Below the pieces are notes generated by a model, which was given only the letters and a program-made list of their open reading frames with translations, did not search any database and was not told the origin of the DNA. A program made the translations under genes and the position numbers. A DNA stretch of 61,892 nucleotides, counting the filler, from Stramenopiles sp. TOSAG23-2 (taxonomy: Eukaryota): NCBI GenBank assembly GCA_900128395.1. It is 14 parts of 14 records of this genome, joined end to end, with 100 filler letters (N's around TTAATTAATTAA, not from the genome) between each part and the next. Parts side by side here need not be neighbours in the genome. Positions count along the whole stretch, not along the records: positions 57,597 to 61,892 come from LT650934.1; 13 more parts are not named here. One strand, written 5' to 3'. Every line of letters starts with the position of its first letter. Position 1 is the first letter of the stretch. Shown here one piece after another: positions 57,806 to 61,892 of this stretch.

Positions 57806-59650
57806 TTACATTTTCATCCATTCCGGTGCATCACTTCCAGGAAGTTTAGATGCATCATAATCTTTTGGTATTGGTTGGTAACTTTCTTTTTTCACTAGAT
57901 TATTATCACTATTAACACTATCGAAACTAGTACGTATATCGTTTACATTTTGCGGTGTCGCTGGTTCGTGTTCAAAATTTGGAAAATCTTCTTCCTTCTT
58001 CTTATTGCTTATTTTCACTTTATCTAATCCTAATCTCTTTTTAATTTCATCTCGTCTTGAAAATTCATCATTTTCCATTGCAATTTTTTGTTGTATTTTC
58101 AATGATGGAACCGGACCAGGTTTACGTTGATTTGCTTTGTACAACATTTTCTCCAACATGCTAATTCTTGCATTTGCTTTTTTCAATGTTACTCGCACAC
58201 CTTCATATGCGTTTAAAACTTCTTCCTTTTTTTTACTAGTACTTTTATGTGCTTCTTTTTCTTTATCAAATTGAATTTTCATCAACTGTAGCCGCCTTTC
58301 CCGTAAATTTACTTGTTGCTTAATGCTTTTCAGTTTTTTATTTTGTTCCTCTTCCAATGCAGTATCTTTTGTATTTTCTTGTTTGATCCTCTTCATCTGT
58401 TTCGTAGCAGCCTCTGCCCTAGCTATTGCAGTGGCACGATGGTCTTCCTCCCTTGCTAATTGATCTAGTAGGGCAGTGATTTTTTTCCTCAATTTTTTGT
58501 TATTTGCTTCCTCTTCCGCAACTTTTGCCTGTGCATTAAACCGCCATTCTTTTTCCGATTCAAAGTCTTGCTCTAACATCTCAATTTGCTCATTTAATTC
58601 TGGAATGATTTTGTTGCTTAAATTATTGTTTGTTTTTGTCAGCTGCACAATCGTCTCATCTTTCTCTTGGATAACTGACAATAAACCGGCATTGCGTTGC
58701 TTCTCCACATTTAACTCCTCTTTCATGGATTCATCTTTTACAACAATTTGTTGTTTCTTTTTGTGGATTTCATTTTGAGCTTCTCGCAATGCTTTTGCAC
58801 TAGCTAATAATTGATTTTCCTTTTGCCTATTTAATTGTCTTTCCTCTTCTAAATCTTCCCTTAGCTGTATGATTTGTTCATTTAACTGTTCGTTATTAGA
58901 TTCAGTTGTTATTGTCTGTTGTCGCATATTATCAATTAAATCTTCTGCTTGATTCTTTTGCTGTTCCACAACTCGTTTATTTAATTTTCCACTTTCTACA
59001 TCTTTTTCTAAGACGGCAATTTTTTGCATTAATAATTCAACCATTTGTGCCCTTGCATCATGTTCCACTTTTAAGGCAACTAATTCTCTTCGTAATTCAT
59101 CAGCCACTCCATCCTCCCCGTTGCTACTACGTTTAGTAGTGGAAAAACCATTATCAGTTGCAGGACGCCTTGTTTGTGGTTGGGCAAACAAACCAGTGCC
59201 TTGTCCACGTCCACCAACCATAACTGGACGTCCAGTATGGTATGACATGTCCCTCTCTGGCTTGATCGAACGCGACTTTTGTACAGCTTTTACAACTCGC
59301 AGTCTTTCACCTCTTGGCTTCGTTATTGAAATTCGACTATTATTTGATTTTACAGATGTACGCGAGTTCGATCTCCTGCGTGGTTGGCATTGCTCTTGTC
59401 GTTGTTGAGGCGCGGATGGGCCGAACCGTTGTTGATGTTGTTGCACTTTCGCATTGTAATAGTTTTCATTATTAAAGTCATTTGGTATTTTTGTGGCTTT
59501 TCCAAGATTTTTATTGCTATTGTTTCGACTTTTATTATTACCTTCAGCATTAACTTTTTTACTTTCAAGTCTTCGTTGTCTTTGTTCAAAGACGCTATTA
59601 TTATTGCTGAAACCAAAAGGTCTACGATTTTTCATATTTGATTCCGACAT
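57806..59650 (-). CDS. Long coiled-coil protein
   Basis: 614-aa ORF with ~320 aa of E/K/Q heptads and disordered termini. Confidence 0.75.
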   Translation of the reverse strand: MSESNMKNRRPFGFSNNNSVFEQRQRRLESKKVNAEGNNKSRNNSNKNLGKATKIPNDFNNENYYNAKVQQHQQRFGPSAPQQRQEQCQPRRRSNSRTSVKSNNSRISITKPRGERLRVVKAVQKSRSIKPERDMSYHTGRPVMVGGRGQGTGLFAQPQTRRPATDNGFSTTKRSSNGEDGVADELRRELVALKVEHDARAQMVELLMQKIAVLEKDVESGKLNKRVVEQQKNQAEDLIDNMRQQTITTESNNEQLNEQIIQLREDLEEERQLNRQKENQLLASAKALREAQNEIHKKKQQIVVKDESMKEELNVEKQRNAGLLSVIQEKDETIVQLTKTNNNLSNKIIPELNEQIEMLEQDFESEKEWRFNAQAKVAEEEANNKKLRKKITALLDQLAREEDHRATAIARAEAATKQMKRIKQENTKDTALEEEQNKKLKSIKQQVNLRERRLQLMKIQFDKEKEAHKSTSKKKEEVLNAYEGVRVTLKKANARISMLEKMLYKANQRKPGPVPSLKIQQKIAMENDEFSRRDEIKKRLGLDKVKISNKKKEEDFPNFEHEPATPQNVNDIRTSFDSVNSDNNLVKKESYQPIPKDYDASKLPGSDAPEWMKM

Positions 59651-60639
59651 TATTTATACCTGTGTTTATATATATATATATGATATATTCGTATTTATTT
59701 GTATACGTAGAGATATTATATATATTTATATATAAATGTGAGTCACTTATTTATTGATATTATTTCATGTAGTTATGTAACTTCTTCTATTGGCTTTGAT
59801 ACATCGATTCTGTCCTTGATATATTATTTTGATATTTTATAATCAATAATAACTGCCATATTATTAGTTTTTTTTGCGAAGATTATTACCTCCTACTAAT
59901 ACCAGGTACATACTATTATACCTCACAGATTAATGTCGTGCGTAGGTTTCCAATGGTATCGCCTGTAGTTTTTCTTTTTGAAAACCTGCCAATTAATGAG
60001 AAACAAACGTCTTCGAATCACAAATCGAAATCGTCTAGACACTATACGAGAAATGTACAACTCATACATACGAATAGCATTGCGGGGTTACCTTAGTTTC
60101 TTATTGACAAAAGAAACCACAAACCACAAAACAAACTATATTTGTACTAATAATGTAGTATTAATATTCTAATTAAACCTATTATAGATATTGGCTTACC
60201 TGGCAATTATTTTATTACAATTTAAATTTAAATTATACCAGGTACCAACCACAATGGAACAGCGTGCAACAGGCATTAGCAACACATCATAATAATAATT
60301 TCAATAATAATACATATTTTTTTTTTAATAACAACTACAAGGTACTATACTACTAATAAATAAATACTTTTTATATATCATCGTTAACCTGCCAGCTAGT
60401 GTAACAATCAATATAAATAGTTTTTGTTACTACTCTACTACTACATATATATTATAATAAACAATTTATAATAGATATTCTATTTTTGATATTGTCACTG
60501 CTGTACGTTTCCATCATATTAATACCAATTGTTTTTGAGTTTTTTTTCTTTTTCTTTCGTAAACCACTATAATATTTTAACAACAATTAAACTTATATAA
60601 AGTCTGGATATATATACAAAAAAAAAAGTAATAATAAAA

Positions 60640-61892
60640 ATGATTGGAGGACTTCAATGTTTAAAAAATGCAATGATACTCTTATGTTTAGCTTATATGT
60701 TCATAGCTGGTGTATACTTTGGGTCTCATATGAAATTGTCTGATATATATCAAACTTCTCATTATCATAGAAAACTTTTAAAATTTAGAAATAAACCATG
60801 TGATACAATTAATAAAATAGTATTGTCAAATAATATGTCTTATAATAATAAACGTCAAAAAAAGTCCTCAACATTATTGAAGACAGGGATGAATACTTTG
60901 AACAACAATAATAGTAAAAAAGATGGGCATTTAATCGCAATAACGAACCGTAGAAAAAAAAACACAACAAAGAAAGTACAACAACATGTAAAACATAGAA
61001 ATTTGAGAAATTTTCATCCAAAAACGGTTAAAGTTAGCATAGATGGCCGTCATGATTTTCATAACGTTCCGTGTGACATACCATGTAAATGGACCAAAGG
61101 TGGTAACATTATGACAAGGGCAAAAATATTAGATTTTCCAGGGAAAAATACTATTTTAATGTCCATGGAAGGGCCAAAACATTACCATGAACTAGTCAAT
61201 AAAGGAAATCATGCTTTGCTATGTACAACAGATTTCGATTCAGATATCATGATGAATTATTTTGTATGGGATTGGCCTCAATATTATGCACCAGAGCCTG
61301 CAACAGAAGCTGAAAAATTCGCTACTAGTGTTCATAGAGGTAAACCAAAACCCAATCCGAGGCCAAAAATTCTGTTTTTAGCCAGGAATTGCAAATCTTT
61401 AAACAACAGGGAAAAACTTGTGATTCATTTTCAAAATGAAAATTTGTTACATTCGTTATCTTCATGTTTAAATAATTTTCATGACCCAGATTTAGACAAA
61501 AAAATGAAGAAAGTGGAATTTATGGGTAAATATATGTTTTATGCAGCATTTGAAAATGAGCGATCTAATGGTTACATCACGGAAAAATTATGGGGCGCTT
61601 TATCAAGCGGTACATTGCCAATATATTTTGGAGCACCAAATATTATGGAAGAAGGATTTTTACCTGATCCGAAATCAATTATTAATTATGATGATTTTAA
61701 AAATCTCACAGCTTTGACGAAATATATAAGATATTTAATAAATAATAGAACAGCATATATGGAACATTTTCAATGGAAATATAGACCTTTATCAGAAGCG
61801 TTTAAAAGAAAATGGAACTTCAGTCATGTACATTCTGCATGTCGTGTATGTCGATGGGTAACAGCAAAAAGAATGGGTCTACAATGGGATCA
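60640..61892 (+). CDS. GT10 alpha-1,3/4-fucosyltransferase (type II membrane), 3' truncated
   Basis: Open frame from ATG 60640 to the window end: TM ILLCLAYMFIAGVYF, SMEGP, FLARNC..., alpha-1,3-FucT motif YMFYAAFENERSNGYITEKLW.AL..GTLPIYFG; absent from the ORF track because it has no stop. Confidence 0.92.
   Translation, partial: MIGGLQCLKNAMILLCLAYMFIAGVYFGSHMKLSDIYQTSHYHRKLLKFRNKPCDTINKIVLSNNMSYNNKRQKKSSTLLKTGMNTLNNNNSKKDGHLIAITNRRKKNTTKKVQQHVKHRNLRNFHPKTVKVSIDGRHDFHNVPCDIPCKWTKGGNIMTRAKILDFPGKNTILMSMEGPKHYHELVNKGNHALLCTTDFDSDIMMNYFVWDWPQYYAPEPATEAEKFATSVHRGKPKPNPRPKILFLARNCKSLNNREKLVIHFQNENLLHSLSSCLNNFHDPDLDKKMKKVEFMGKYMFYAAFENERSNGYITEKLWGALSSGTLPIYFGAPNIMEEGFLPDPKSIINYDDFKNLTALTKYIRYLINNRTAYMEHFQWKYRPLSEAFKRKWNFSHVHSACRVCRWVTAKRMGLQWD

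Noticed and set aside
60190-60210. CTTACCTGG resembling the U1 snRNA 5' end
   Set aside because: No downstream U1 stem-loops or Sm site; better explained as a TACCWGG motif variant.

Overview
Very AT-rich eukaryotic nuclear DNA, not a prokaryotic locus. The window is an artificial concatenation of 14 unlinked contigs of ~4.3 kb, sorted by decreasing length (4355 down to ~4296 bp) and joined by 100-bp N44-TTAATTAATTAA-N44 linkers, so gene neighbourhood is meaningful only within a contig. Gene content points to a flagellated protist, plausibly a marine heterotrophic stramenopile SAG/MAG (lineage is inference): axonemal dynein DNAH10, RP2-like ARL3-GAP, R2R3-Myb, ubiquitin, TMEM230, OSCA/TMEM63, GT10 fucosyltransferase, sulfatase, short GT-AG introns, poly-Asn tracts and one tRNA-Ser(CGA). 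Three coding pieces are missing from or only partly covered by the ORF track: a ubiquitin N-terminus, a GT10 fucosyltransferase and a Peptidase_S74-like fragment. Best leads: (1) a Y-shaped RNA-like fold with CUUG and GAAA tetraloops just downstream of an atypical triple-KH gene; (2) a 136-aa KEN-box/D-box/LR-tail protein resembling APC/C pseudosubstrate inhibitors; (3) a strongly over-represented intergenic palindrome TACCWGGTA plus GCTAGC/CCWGG hairpins; (4) an SDMT/DMSP-type methyltransferase; (5) a nitrile-specifier-like Kelch protein; (6) several structured non-coding repeat cassettes. No CRISPR array, rRNA or recognisable transposase was found.
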